The notes: generated by a model from the letters alone, not told the origin. A DNA stretch of 64,000 nucleotides from an uncultured Bacilli bacterium (GCA_949505625.1 CATBQD010000001.1:74770-138769), one strand, 5' to 3'. Shown: positions 19,148 to 27,438, counted from the stretch's first letter. A program made the numbers and translations.

Positions 19148-20020
19148 ATGGTAATCGTAATTGTGGGGCCAACAGCAGTAGGAAAAACAAAAATGAGTGT
19201 TGAGCTTGCGAAAGCATTGAATGGCGAAATTATTAATGCAGATAGTACACAAGTATATAAAGGTTTGAATATAGCAACAGCTAAAGTAACAGAAGAAGAA
19301 AAAGAAAATATTCCGCATCACCTTTTTGATTTTAAAGAAATTACAGAAAATTATACTGTTTATGATTATCAAAAAGATTGTAGGGAAAAGATTGAAGAAA
19401 TTTTAAAAAAAGGAAAAAATCCTATTTTAGTTGGTGGAACTGGTTTATATATTAAGGCTGCGCTTTACGATTATCAATTTGTAGATGGAACTTGTAATGA
19501 ACAATATGAGAATGTAGAAACTTCTATATTATTTTCAAAATTATTGGAAATAGATTCAAATACAAAGATTCATCCAAATAATCGCAAAAGAATTATTAGA
19601 GCTATTAATTTCTATAAAGAAACAGGAGAAATACCAAGTGCAAAAGAAAAGACAGAAAAGCTTTTATATCCCTGTAAATTTATTGGATTAACTTGTGATA
19701 GAGAAATTTTATATGAAAGAATTAATCAAAGAACTGATATTATGTTCGAACAAGGACTATTAGAAGAGGCAAGACGTCTTTTTGATTTAAATACTAGAAG
19801 TAAGGCAATTTTAACTCCAATTGGATATAAAGAATTATTTGCTTATTTTGAAGGCTCTTGTTCTTTAGAAGAAGCAAAGGAAGCAATTAAAAAAAATTGT
19901 AGGAAATATGCGAAACGGCAATATACTTGGTTTAATCATCAAATTCCAGTTGAATGGTTTTCTGTAAATTTCTCTAATTTTAAAATAACAATACAAGAAG
20001 TGTTATCCTTTTTAGACTAA
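19148..20020 (+). CDS. miaA: tRNA dimethylallyltransferase
   Basis: P-loop GPTAVGKT, INADSTQVYKGLNI.TAK and GGTGLY. Confidence 0.95.
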   Translation: MVIVIVGPTAVGKTKMSVELAKALNGEIINADSTQVYKGLNIATAKVTEEEKENIPHHLFDFKEITENYTVYDYQKDCREKIEEILKKGKNPILVGGTGLYIKAALYDYQFVDGTCNEQYENVETSILFSKLLEIDSNTKIHPNNRKRIIRAINFYKETGEIPSAKEKTEKLLYPCKFIGLTCDREILYERINQRTDIMFEQGLLEEARRLFDLNTRSKAILTPIGYKELFAYFEGSCSLEEAKEAIKKNCRKYAKRQYTWFNHQIPVEWFSVNFSNFKITIQEVLSFLD

Positions 20021-20023
20021 ATC

Positions 20024-20052
20024 TTGACTAAATCGTGTATTTTTGATATATC
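20024..20052 (+). promoter_or_regulatory. promoter-like element upstream of pilin-like gene 1
   Basis: TTGACT-N17-TATATC. A TATAAT follows at 20053-20058, but its spacing is poor. Confidence 0.35.
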
Positions 20053-20076
20053 TATAATAGAAGGAAGAATGGTAAG

Positions 20077-20532
20077 ATGAAAAGGAATGGCTTTACCTTA
20101 GTTGAGTTATTAGCAGTTATTGTTATTTTAGGATTACTAGCTTTGATTGTTACTCCTGTTATATTTAATGTTTTAGATAATAATAGAGGAAAAGCAAGAA
20201 CAGAGACAGCGAATCGAGTGTTAGATGCAGCAAAGTATTTTTATGCAACATCTATGATTGAGAACAATGTATTATTTCCAACAGAAGGTTTAGAATTTAT
20301 CTGTAATAAAATAGTGTGTGAAGCAACAATTGGAACAGTTACAAAGGAAGATGGGATTGCGGTATTAACAGAAGAGAAACCAATTGTATATCAATTAAGT
20401 TTTACTGGAACCGTTCCAAGTAGCGGAAGTGTAATAATATATAACGATGGTTCAGTATCTCCAAAAAATTTAGCAATTGATTCTCATTTATGCGTTTATG
20501 ATGAAAAAATAAAAGTATTTACTTCTTGTTAA
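20077..20532 (+). CDS. type IV pilin/pseudopilin-like protein (prepilin-type N-terminus), paralog 1
   Basis: MKRNG|FTLVELLAVIVILGLLALIVTP is a class III signal with Glu+5. It has the FTGTVPSSG strand and Cys pairs C-x4-C and C-x11-C. Confidence 0.8.
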   Translation: MKRNGFTLVELLAVIVILGLLALIVTPVIFNVLDNNRGKARTETANRVLDAAKYFYATSMIENNVLFPTEGLEFICNKIVCEATIGTVTKEDGIAVLTEEKPIVYQLSFTGTVPSSGSVIIYNDGSVSPKNLAIDSHLCVYDEKIKVFTSC

Positions 20533-20663
20533 ATGCTTTTTTTGTAAATAATTTTGTAAAATATTGACAATAATAAGATTATAGAGAAAGTCTTATTTTA
20601 TAAGGAAAAAAGAATGATTGAAATAAAAAAAATTTTAATTTTGTCAAAAAAAGACGATTTTTG

Positions 20664-20692
20664 TTGATTAAAATTAAAATTATTGTTATACT
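20664..20692 (+). promoter_or_regulatory. promoter of pilin-like gene 2
   Basis: TTGATT-N17-TATACT with TGT at -16..-14. Confidence 0.55.
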
Positions 20693-20719
20693 AAAAATGT
20701 AACATAGAGGAGGGAAAAA

Positions 20720-21184
20720 ATGAAAAATAATAAGAAAGGTTTTACTTTAATTGAATTATTAGCAGTTATTGTTATTTTAGCAATCATTGCATTAATCGCA
20801 ACACCAATTGTGTTAAATATTATTGCAAAAGCTAGAAAGTCAGCTGCACAAGATAGTTTATATGGAGTAATGTCTGCTGCTAAAACAACTTATATGTCAT
20901 CTTTATTAGATACTAATCAAGTAGAATTACCAGCAACTGTAAAATGTAGTACAGCTGATGGATGTGTATTCTATAATGCAGATGGAACAGCAAAACAAAC
21001 ATACACACCTGCTGGAGCAACAGATCCTGTAGACTTTGTAGTAAGTTTTAGTGGAACTGTACCAAAGACTGGTGAATTCAAAATTGACTCAGAAGGTAGA
21101 ATTCAAACAGCTAGTGGTATCGATGTAAATGGATATGATTGTAGCATTGATGCAAATGAAAAAGTAACATGCGTTAATAAATAA
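20720..21184 (+). CDS. type IV pilin-like protein, paralog 2
   Basis: MKNNKKG|FTLIELLAVIVILAIIALIATP, FSGTVPKTG, and Cys pairs C-x5-C and C-x9-C. The RBS is GAGGAGGG. Confidence 0.85.
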   Translation: MKNNKKGFTLIELLAVIVILAIIALIATPIVLNIIAKARKSAAQDSLYGVMSAAKTTYMSSLLDTNQVELPATVKCSTADGCVFYNADGTAKQTYTPAGATDPVDFVVSFSGTVPKTGEFKIDSEGRIQTASGIDVNGYDCSIDANEKVTCVNK

Positions 21185-21196
21185 ATTGTAAGTTTT

Positions 21197-21227
21197 AAAA
21201 AGATATGATTTATATCATATCTTTTTT
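21197..21227 (+). terminator. intrinsic terminator after pilin-like gene 2
   Basis: AAAAAGATATGAT-TTAT-ATCATATCTTTTTT. Confidence 0.75.
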
Positions 21228-21308
21228 GCTTTTATATATTTCAAAAGTGTGAATAAGAACATATTTATGATAAAATTTGACAAAAATGTTAGAAAAATGC
21301 GATTATAT

Positions 21309-21338
21309 TTGATTTTTATAAAGTATATGTGTTATACT
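21309..21338 (+). promoter_or_regulatory. promoter of pilin-like gene 3
   Basis: TTGATT-N18-TATACT with TGT immediately upstream. The leader is homologous to that of gene 2. Confidence 0.5.
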
Positions 21339-21366
21339 AATATTGTATAATAAAGGAGGGAAGAAA

Positions 21367-21822
21367 ATGAGAACAAATAAGAAAGGTTTTACTTTGATTG
21401 AGTTATTGGCAGTTATCGTAATTTTAGCAATCATTGCATTAATTGCAACACCAATTGTGTTAAATATTATTGCAAAAGCTAGAAAGTCAGCTGCACAAGA
21501 TAGTTTATATGGAGTGATTTCAGCAGCAAAAACAACTTATATGTCTACTTTATTAGATGCTGATCAAATCAATTTACCAACAACTGTAACTTGTATAGGT
21601 ACTGGCTCAGATCCAGCTTGTACATTTGATCAAACTGATCCAGCTACTTCAAAAGCTTGGAGAGTAAACTTTAGTGGTACAATCCCAACTTCAGGTTCAT
21701 TTACTATTAATGCAGAAGGAAATGTAGAAGATGTAACCATGACAGCTGGTGATAAAGATACTGGAATTTGGGTAAATGGATTCCAATGCAAAGTAGAAAA
21801 AGAAAAAGTAACTTGTAGTTAA
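21367..21822 (+). CDS. type IV pilin-like protein, paralog 3
   Basis: MRTNKKG|FTLIELLAVIVILAIIALIATP, with the start set at the ATG 7 nt after AAGGAGGGAAG. FSGTIPTSG is present, with two C-x8-C pairs. Confidence 0.85.
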   Translation: MRTNKKGFTLIELLAVIVILAIIALIATPIVLNIIAKARKSAAQDSLYGVISAAKTTYMSTLLDADQINLPTTVTCIGTGSDPACTFDQTDPATSKAWRVNFSGTIPTSGSFTINAEGNVEDVTMTAGDKDTGIWVNGFQCKVEKEKVTCS

Positions 21823-21848
21823 AAAAGAAACAAAAGTTTCTTTTTTTT
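21823..21848 (+). terminator. intrinsic terminator after pilin-like gene 3
   Basis: AAGAAAC-AAAA-GTTTCTTTTTTTT. Confidence 0.7.
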
Positions 21849-21878
21849 ACACTTTTAATTTGATTATTTTTTTATTAA

Positions 21879-21907
21879 TTGACTATTTTCTTTAGAATTG
21901 GTATACT
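21879..21907 (+). promoter_or_regulatory. promoter of pilin-like gene 4
   Basis: TTGACT-N17-TATACT. Confidence 0.55.
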
Positions 21908-21935
21908 AGTATTGTATGATAGAGGAGGAATACAT

Positions 21936-22382
21936 ATGAGAGCAAATAAGAAAGGGTTTACTTTGATTGAGCTATTAGCGGTAATCGTAATTCTAGCAGT
22001 TATTGCATTAATTGCAACACCACTTATTTTAAATATTATCGCAAAAGCAAGAAGAGCAGCAGCAGAAAATAGTGTATACGGAATGATGGAAGCAACAAAA
22101 TATGCTTATTTTACAGCGATTGTAGAAGATAAAACTTTAGCAATGCCAATTACAGTAACTTGTACTACAAATTCATGCACTTATACAGATAATACAGATA
22201 CAACCGGAGGAGCAACTGCTCAAACTGGAACAGTAGATTTTAGTGGTACGAAAATGACTGAGGGCGAAATTAAGTTAGATGCTAACGGTAAATTTATGGA
22301 AACAGAAACAGGGAAAGAACCAAAAGTAAATGGACATAAATGTACTATTTCAGCAGCAACTCAAAGAGTAGAATGTAAATAA
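21936..22382 (+). CDS. type IV pilin-like protein, paralog 4
   Basis: MRANKKG|FTLIELLAVIVILAVIALIATP, with the start at the ATG after GAGGAGGA. FSGTKMTEG is present, with Cys pairs C-x4-C and C-x10-C. Confidence 0.85.
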   Translation: MRANKKGFTLIELLAVIVILAVIALIATPLILNIIAKARRAAAENSVYGMMEATKYAYFTAIVEDKTLAMPITVTCTTNSCTYTDNTDTTGGATAQTGTVDFSGTKMTEGEIKLDANGKFMETETGKEPKVNGHKCTISAATQRVECK

Positions 22383-22403
22383 GAAATCGGGTGATTTCTT
22401 TTT
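22382..22403 (+). terminator. intrinsic terminator after pilin-like gene 4
   Basis: AGAAATC-GGGT-GATTTCTTTTT. Confidence 0.65.
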
Positions 22404-22424
22404 CTTGTTTTTTTAAGTGCTGTT

Positions 22425-22433
22425 TGCTATAAT
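22425..22433 (+). promoter_or_regulatory. extended -10 promoter element TGCTATAAT (GT2 gene)
   Basis: GTTTGCTATAAT lies 20 nt upstream of the ATG at 22454. Confidence 0.5.
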
Positions 22434-22453
22434 AAAAAATAGGAAGTGATAGC

Positions 22454-23389
22454 ATGGAGAAAATAAGTGTTGTAATTCCTTGTTATAATGAGGAAGAAGC
22501 AATTCCATTATTTTATCAGGAAATATCTAAAATAATTGAAAATTTGAAAAAGAAAATTACTTTTGAATTAATTTTTGTAAATGATGGTTCGAAAGATAAG
22601 ACTTTGATAAAAATTAGAGATTTAGCAAGAAAAGATAAAAAAGTAAGATATATATCATTTTCTAGAAATTTTGGAAAAGAAGCAGCTATGCTGGCTGGAC
22701 TTGAATATGCCACAGGTGATTATGTAACGACTATGGATGTAGATTTGCAAGATCCTCCTTATTTATTAGAAGAAATGCTGCGTCTTATCAAAGAAGAAGG
22801 ATATGATTGTGTAGCGACAAAATCGACTTCTAGAAATGGTTATTCATTTTTTCGTAAGTTTTGTACAAAATGGTATTATAGAATAATAGGAACAATATCA
22901 AAAACGGAAATGGTGGCAGGTGCTAGAGATTTTAGATTGATGACAAGGCAAATGGTAGATGCTATTATTTCGATGAAAGAATATAATCGTTATTCAAAAG
23001 GTTTATTTAGTTTTGTTGGATTTGATACTAAATGGATTGAATTTGAAAATCAAGAAAGAATAGCGGGCACAACAAAATGGAATTTTTGGAAATTATTTTC
23101 TTATGCATTAAATGGAATTACAGCCTTTTCAACTGCACCATTAGTTTTATCTGCCATTATTGGTATATTATTTTGTTTTATTGCCTTTATAATGATTATG
23201 ATTATTATTTTGAAAACCTTGATTTGGGGAGATGCCGTAAGTGGATGGCCTAGTTTAGCGTGTATAGTTTTTTTAGTAGGTGGTATTCAATTATTTTGTA
23301 CTGGAATTATTGGACAATATCTAGCGAAGACTTATTTGGAAGTTAAGCATAGACCAATTTATATTATAAAAGAAACAGAAAAGATGTAG
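22454..23389 (+). CDS. family 2 glycosyltransferase, GtrB/CsbB-type polyprenyl-phosphate sugar synthase
   Basis: VVIPCYNEEEAI, NDGSKDKT and DVDLQDPP (DxD) are present. Two C-terminal TM helices are followed by a conserved basic tail, as in GtrB/DPM1-like enzymes. Confidence 0.85.
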   Translation: MEKISVVIPCYNEEEAIPLFYQEISKIIENLKKKITFELIFVNDGSKDKTLIKIRDLARKDKKVRYISFSRNFGKEAAMLAGLEYATGDYVTTMDVDLQDPPYLLEEMLRLIKEEGYDCVATKSTSRNGYSFFRKFCTKWYYRIIGTISKTEMVAGARDFRLMTRQMVDAIISMKEYNRYSKGLFSFVGFDTKWIEFENQERIAGTTKWNFWKLFSYALNGITAFSTAPLVLSAIIGILFCFIAFIMIMIIILKTLIWGDAVSGWPSLACIVFLVGGIQLFCTGIIGQYLAKTYLEVKHRPIYIIKETEKM

Positions 23390-23425
23390 TAAAAAAACTA
23401 CATTTTTTTCTTAAAGGAGAAAAAT

Positions 23426-24643
23426 ATGAAAAAAATAAAATTAGAAGAAAATGAAACAATTAAATGCAGTAATAAAGTAATATTATTAGATCAGCCTGTA
23501 TATGTATCTTTTTCATTAAAAGAAAATGGTATTTTTTTACCTTCTATAAAAAAAGGAGATTACGTATATCAAGAGGAGAAAATCGCGATTAAAAAAGGAA
23601 ATCATTTCCCCATTTTTTCTTCTGTAAGTGGAATTGTAGAATTTGTAGATACAAATAGAATTGTCATACATAATGATTTTAAAAATAGAGTTAGAGAACA
23701 TAAAATTGTAGAGTATTCGCTAAATACATATACCAAATTAGAGGTTTCAAGTCTATTATTTCAATTAGGCATTATTAATAGTTTGGATGAAGAAGAGCCT
23801 TATAAACTGCTTTCGAAATCAGTAAATAAAACTTTAATTATAAATGCTCTTCAGCAAGAAGCTTATATATATTTACAAACTTTTTTATTAAAAATAGAAA
23901 GAAAGGAACTTATTGAATTAATAGAAGCCTTTTTAGAAATTTATAATTTCGAAGAGGTCTTAATTGTAGTTCCTAGAAATCAGAATCTGTTGTTAGAAGA
24001 ATGGAATTTATGTATTAGAGATAGTAGGATAAAAATGATAGAAATAGAAGAATATTATTCTCTTTCTAATACAAAAGAATTAATTAGAACAATAAAGAGG
24101 AAATCTTATCGGAATAATTTAATAGAAAACGGAATTATAGTTTTTAATGTAAGTACGATGTTAGCTATTTATGGAGCTTTAAAATATAGACGTCCCCAAA
24201 TAAAAGCAACTGTGCAGTTTACAGGAAATATGTGGAAAAATAATTGTTATATGGAAGTCAGAATTGGAACTTCTTTACAAGAAGCAATAGAACAACTAAA
24301 TTATAAAAGAACAAAAGAAGTTTTACTTTTAAATGGGGGAATCGTAAATGGGAAAGTTATAAATATCAATGATTGTGTTATTGATGCAAAAACATTGGTA
24401 GTTACTGCATGGAAAGTAACAAAAGAAACAGTACAAGAAAGTTGTATTAAATGTGGAAAGTGCAGTAAAGTCTGTCCTGTGAATCTGCATCCTTCTCTTA
24501 TTATGGAGGCAATTATAAAAAAAAGGAATTTAAGAAGATTTGAGATACAACGTTGTATTGATTGTGGATTGTGTAACTATGTGTGTCCTTCTAATATTGA
24601 TATTTATAAAAATTTAAAGGAGGCAAAGGAGAAAATATTATGA
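23426..24643 (+). CDS. RnfC-like iron-sulfur protein with degenerate NADH/FMN site
   Basis: It has an N-terminal barrel-sandwich-like segment (FSSVSGIVEFVD) and two ferredoxin motifs, CIKCGKCSKVCP and CIDCGLCNYVCP. The GGAGFP and ECEP motifs are replaced by SLDEEEP and QQEA. Confidence 0.55.
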   Translation: MKKIKLEENETIKCSNKVILLDQPVYVSFSLKENGIFLPSIKKGDYVYQEEKIAIKKGNHFPIFSSVSGIVEFVDTNRIVIHNDFKNRVREHKIVEYSLNTYTKLEVSSLLFQLGIINSLDEEEPYKLLSKSVNKTLIINALQQEAYIYLQTFLLKIERKELIELIEAFLEIYNFEEVLIVVPRNQNLLLEEWNLCIRDSRIKMIEIEEYYSLSNTKELIRTIKRKSYRNNLIENGIIVFNVSTMLAIYGALKYRRPQIKATVQFTGNMWKNNCYMEVRIGTSLQEAIEQLNYKRTKEVLLLNGGIVNGKVININDCVIDAKTLVVTAWKVTKETVQESCIKCGKCSKVCPVNLHPSLIMEAIIKKRNLRRFEIQRCIDCGLCNYVCPSNIDIYKNLKEAKEKIL

Positions 24644-25605
24644 AACAATATATGAAAACTAAAAATATTTGTAATTATAATCAAAGGGATCAATCATATC
24701 AAATACTTATAAAAGTATTATTGATTATGGTTTTATATCGTATTATGAAAGTGGGAATTTTACCATTTGTGCTAGTAAAAATTAGTATCTTTGAACTTCT
24801 TTTACCAATTTTGTTAATTATTAGTTGTATATTATTATGTTATGGAGGATATTATATAGGAGAAAAATTTCTATCTAAAAATCAATATAAGGAAGAAGAA
24901 TGCTTAATAGATGGTATTCTACTTGGACTACTTCTTCCTGTTAAAACTCCATTTTGGATGATTTTAATAGCTGTTTTTTTAACTATTTTTATTGGTAGAT
25001 ATTTTTATGATGGAACTCCAATTGGAATGCCATCTTTAATTGGGATTTTAGGAATTATTGCCTTTTCTATTTGGCTTCAAATGTGTCATTTAGATAGTTT
25101 AAATATTGATTCTATTTTGTTAGAATTTATTGAAGGTTATCCATTAAATGAAATTTCTATAGTTTCTATTTATTTAGGTGGAGTTGGAGAATTAGTATCA
25201 AAAACAAGTCCTATCTTATGTATTTTAGCCTTTTTATACTTAAGAAAAAATATCAAATGGAGAATTCCTGTTTATTTTATAGGAACTTATTTTATACTCC
25301 TTATTTTTTCTAATTATTTCATTTCTAATTCATGGGTGAACATTTTTAAGTATTTTGGTGTAGGTAATATAATTTTCTTGAGTTTATTTTGTGCAGCTGA
25401 TATGAGAACAACTCCAGTTACAAATGTTGGACAAATCTTATTTGCTGTATTTCTAGGGATATTTACCTATATTGGAACATTTTTCTTTACTTCTTATTTG
25501 ACAATTATATTATCTATTTTAATATCGAACTTTTTTACCCCTTTATATGATTATTTTGGAAATTATTATGGATTAAAATATTGCAGTGAATATACTAAAT
25601 ACTAA
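24640..25605 (+). CDS. RnfD/NqrB-like polytopic membrane protein (divergent)
   Basis: There is an ATGA overlap with the RnfC-like gene. The ORF is multi-TM, and the C-terminal CAADMRTTPVTNVGQILFAVFLG resembles the RnfD/NqrB signature. I found no SGAT-type FMN-attachment motif. Confidence 0.5.
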   Translation: MKQYMKTKNICNYNQRDQSYQILIKVLLIMVLYRIMKVGILPFVLVKISIFELLLPILLIISCILLCYGGYYIGEKFLSKNQYKEEECLIDGILLGLLLPVKTPFWMILIAVFLTIFIGRYFYDGTPIGMPSLIGILGIIAFSIWLQMCHLDSLNIDSILLEFIEGYPLNEISIVSIYLGGVGELVSKTSPILCILAFLYLRKNIKWRIPVYFIGTYFILLIFSNYFISNSWVNIFKYFGVGNIIFLSLFCAADMRTTPVTNVGQILFAVFLGIFTYIGTFFFTSYLTIILSILISNFFTPLYDYFGNYYGLKYCSEYTKY

Positions 25606-25634
25606 TAAATAAAAAATAAAATTCAAATAATTAT

Positions 25635-25664
25635 AAAAAAACAGAATTTGTAAAATTCTGTTTT
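25635..25664. terminator. bidirectional intrinsic terminator (RnfD-like gene / rpmB)
   Basis: AAAAAAACAGAATTT-GTA-AAATTCTGTTTT, with an A-run and a T-run flanking the stem. Confidence 0.75.
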
Positions 25665-25665
25665 A

Positions 25666-25851
25666 CTATGCAGCAATATCTTTGCTAACTTTGTTTAATG
25701 TTCTTAATTCTCTAGCGCTCATTCTAATTGATTCACCATTATCTAAAGTTACTTTTTGTAAATTTGGTTTTTGAGCATGTCTAGTTGCTCTTAATGAATG
25801 AGATCTTCTATTACCAAATAAAGCTTTTTTACTTGTTATTTTTTTTGCCAT
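25666..25851 (-). CDS. rpmB: 50S ribosomal protein L28
   Basis: MAKKITSKKALFGNRRSHSLRATRHAQKPNLQKV... is L28-like. The start is trimmed to the ATG preceded by AGGGAGGG. Confidence 0.9.
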   Translation of the reverse strand: MAKKITSKKALFGNRRSHSLRATRHAQKPNLQKVTLDNGESIRMSARELRTLNKVSKDIAA

Positions 25852-25895
25852 ATATTTGCCCTCCCTTATATATAGTTTTTTTCCTATGCCTTTCC

Positions 25896-25924
25896 ACTTT
25901 ATCATAACTTCTATTAATTGTCAA
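25896..25924 (-). promoter_or_regulatory. sigma-A type promoter of rpmB
   Basis: The minus strand reads TTGACA-N17-TAAAGT with TGa upstream of the -10. Confidence 0.5.
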
Positions 25925-25955
25925 ATGTTTTAATATAAATCCCAGATTTTTTCTA

Positions 25956-25984
25956 TTGCATTCCCCCCTTAACTATGTTATGAT
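25956..25984 (+). promoter_or_regulatory. sigma-A type promoter of miaB
   Basis: TTGCAT-N17-TATGAT with TGT (extended -10). Confidence 0.55.
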
Positions 25985-26013
25985 TTTAGATGACAAGAAA
26001 AGAAGTGATAAAA

Positions 26014-27438
26014 ATGATTTTACCAAATTTAAAAGAAGCAAAACAAAGAACAAATAAAGAAGTTGTTATCAAAACAAATGAATATCATGTAGATGAAGAA
26101 CTAAAAAGTCTTGGTGTTAATAAAAAGTATTTTTTGAAAACTTACGGATGTCAAATGAATGAACACGATAGTGAGAATATAAAAGCCATTTTAGAAGAAA
26201 TGAGTTTTACGGAAACGGATGTTATGGAAGATGCTGATTTTATATTACTTAACACATGTGCGATCAGAGAAAATGCTCATAATAAAGTGTTTGGTATGGT
26301 TGGTAGAATGAAACATTTAAGAGAAACAAAACCAAATTTAATTACAGGTATTTGTGGTTGCATGGCTCAAGAGGAAACCATAGTAGAAGAGATTATGCAG
26401 AAGTATAAATGGTTGGATATTGTTTTTGGAACTCATAATATTCATAGATTGCCACAAATAATAAAAGAGAAACTTGAAAAACAGAAGCAAGAAATTGAAG
26501 TCTTTAGTATTGAAGGAGATATTGTTGAAAATATTCCCGTAAAAAGAGATAGTAAATATAAAGCTTGGATTAATATTATGTATGGATGTGATAAATTTTG
26601 TACCTATTGTATTGTTCCTTATACAAGAGGAAAGCAAAGAAGTAGAACACCAGAATTCATTTTAAATGAAGTAAGAGAATTAATTGAAGATGGCTATCAA
26701 GAAATTACACTTCTCGGCCAAAATGTCAATGCTTATGGAAAAGACTTAAAGATAGATTATAATATGGCAAATCTATTAGAAGATGTTGCGAAAACTGGAA
26801 TAGCACGAATCCGTTTTGTAACAAGTCATCCTTGGGATTTTACAGATGAAATGATAGAGATCATAAAAAAATATGATAATATTATGCCATATATTCATTT
26901 GCCACTTCAATCTGGCTCTGATAGAATTTTAAAATTAATGGGAAGACGTTATACAAAAGAATCTTATTTAAAGTTGTATAAGAAATTAAAAGAAGCTCTT
27001 CCTTATTCTTCTATTACAACAGATATTATTGTAGGATTTCCAGGAGAAACAGAAGACGATTTTAAAGAAACTTTAGAAGTTGTAAAAGAATGTGAATATG
27101 ATTCAGCATTTACATTTATCTTTTCACCTAGAATTGGAACTCCAGCTGCGAAAATGGAAGACCATGTGTCATTGGAAGAAAAAGAAAAGCGTCTATATGA
27201 ATTAAATGAACTTGTAAATAAATATGCGAAAAAAGCAAATGATAAATATTTAGAAAAAGTAGTACCAGTTTTAATTGAAGGAGTCAGTGAAAAAAATCCT
27301 ACAATGATGATGGGATACACAGATACAATGAAATTAGTGAATGTAAAAAATGCAGCAGATTTTGTTGGAAAAATTGTGAATGTAAAAATAACAGATGTTA
27401 AAACATGGAGCTTAGATGGAGAACTTGTAATCGATTAA
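26014..27438 (+). CDS. miaB: tRNA-2-methylthio-N6-dimethylallyladenosine synthase
   Basis: MTTase N-domain (TYGCQMN, NTCAIRE), radical-SAM motif CDKFCTYCIVPYTRG and a C-terminal TRAM domain. The ATG at 25990 lies at the predicted transcription start, so the start is set at 26014 (uncertain). Confidence 0.9.
   Translation: MILPNLKEAKQRTNKEVVIKTNEYHVDEELKSLGVNKKYFLKTYGCQMNEHDSENIKAILEEMSFTETDVMEDADFILLNTCAIRENAHNKVFGMVGRMKHLRETKPNLITGICGCMAQEETIVEEIMQKYKWLDIVFGTHNIHRLPQIIKEKLEKQKQEIEVFSIEGDIVENIPVKRDSKYKAWINIMYGCDKFCTYCIVPYTRGKQRSRTPEFILNEVRELIEDGYQEITLLGQNVNAYGKDLKIDYNMANLLEDVAKTGIARIRFVTSHPWDFTDEMIEIIKKYDNIMPYIHLPLQSGSDRILKLMGRRYTKESYLKLYKKLKEALPYSSITTDIIVGFPGETEDDFKETLEVVKECEYDSAFTFIFSPRIGTPAAKMEDHVSLEEKEKRLYELNELVNKYAKKANDKYLEKVVPVLIEGVSEKNPTMMMGYTDTMKLVNVKNAADFVGKIVNVKITDVKTWSLDGELVID

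Noticed and set aside
19133-19372. 79-aa minus-strand ORF overlapping the miaA start.
   Set aside because: It is antisense to the miaA P-loop region, has no RBS and is Cys/Phe-rich with low complexity.
20606-20659. 17-codon ORF (MIEIKKILILSKKDDFC) upstream of pilin-like gene 2.
   Set aside because: It lies upstream of the predicted promoter of gene 2, has only a weak SD and is low-complexity. It is likely noise.
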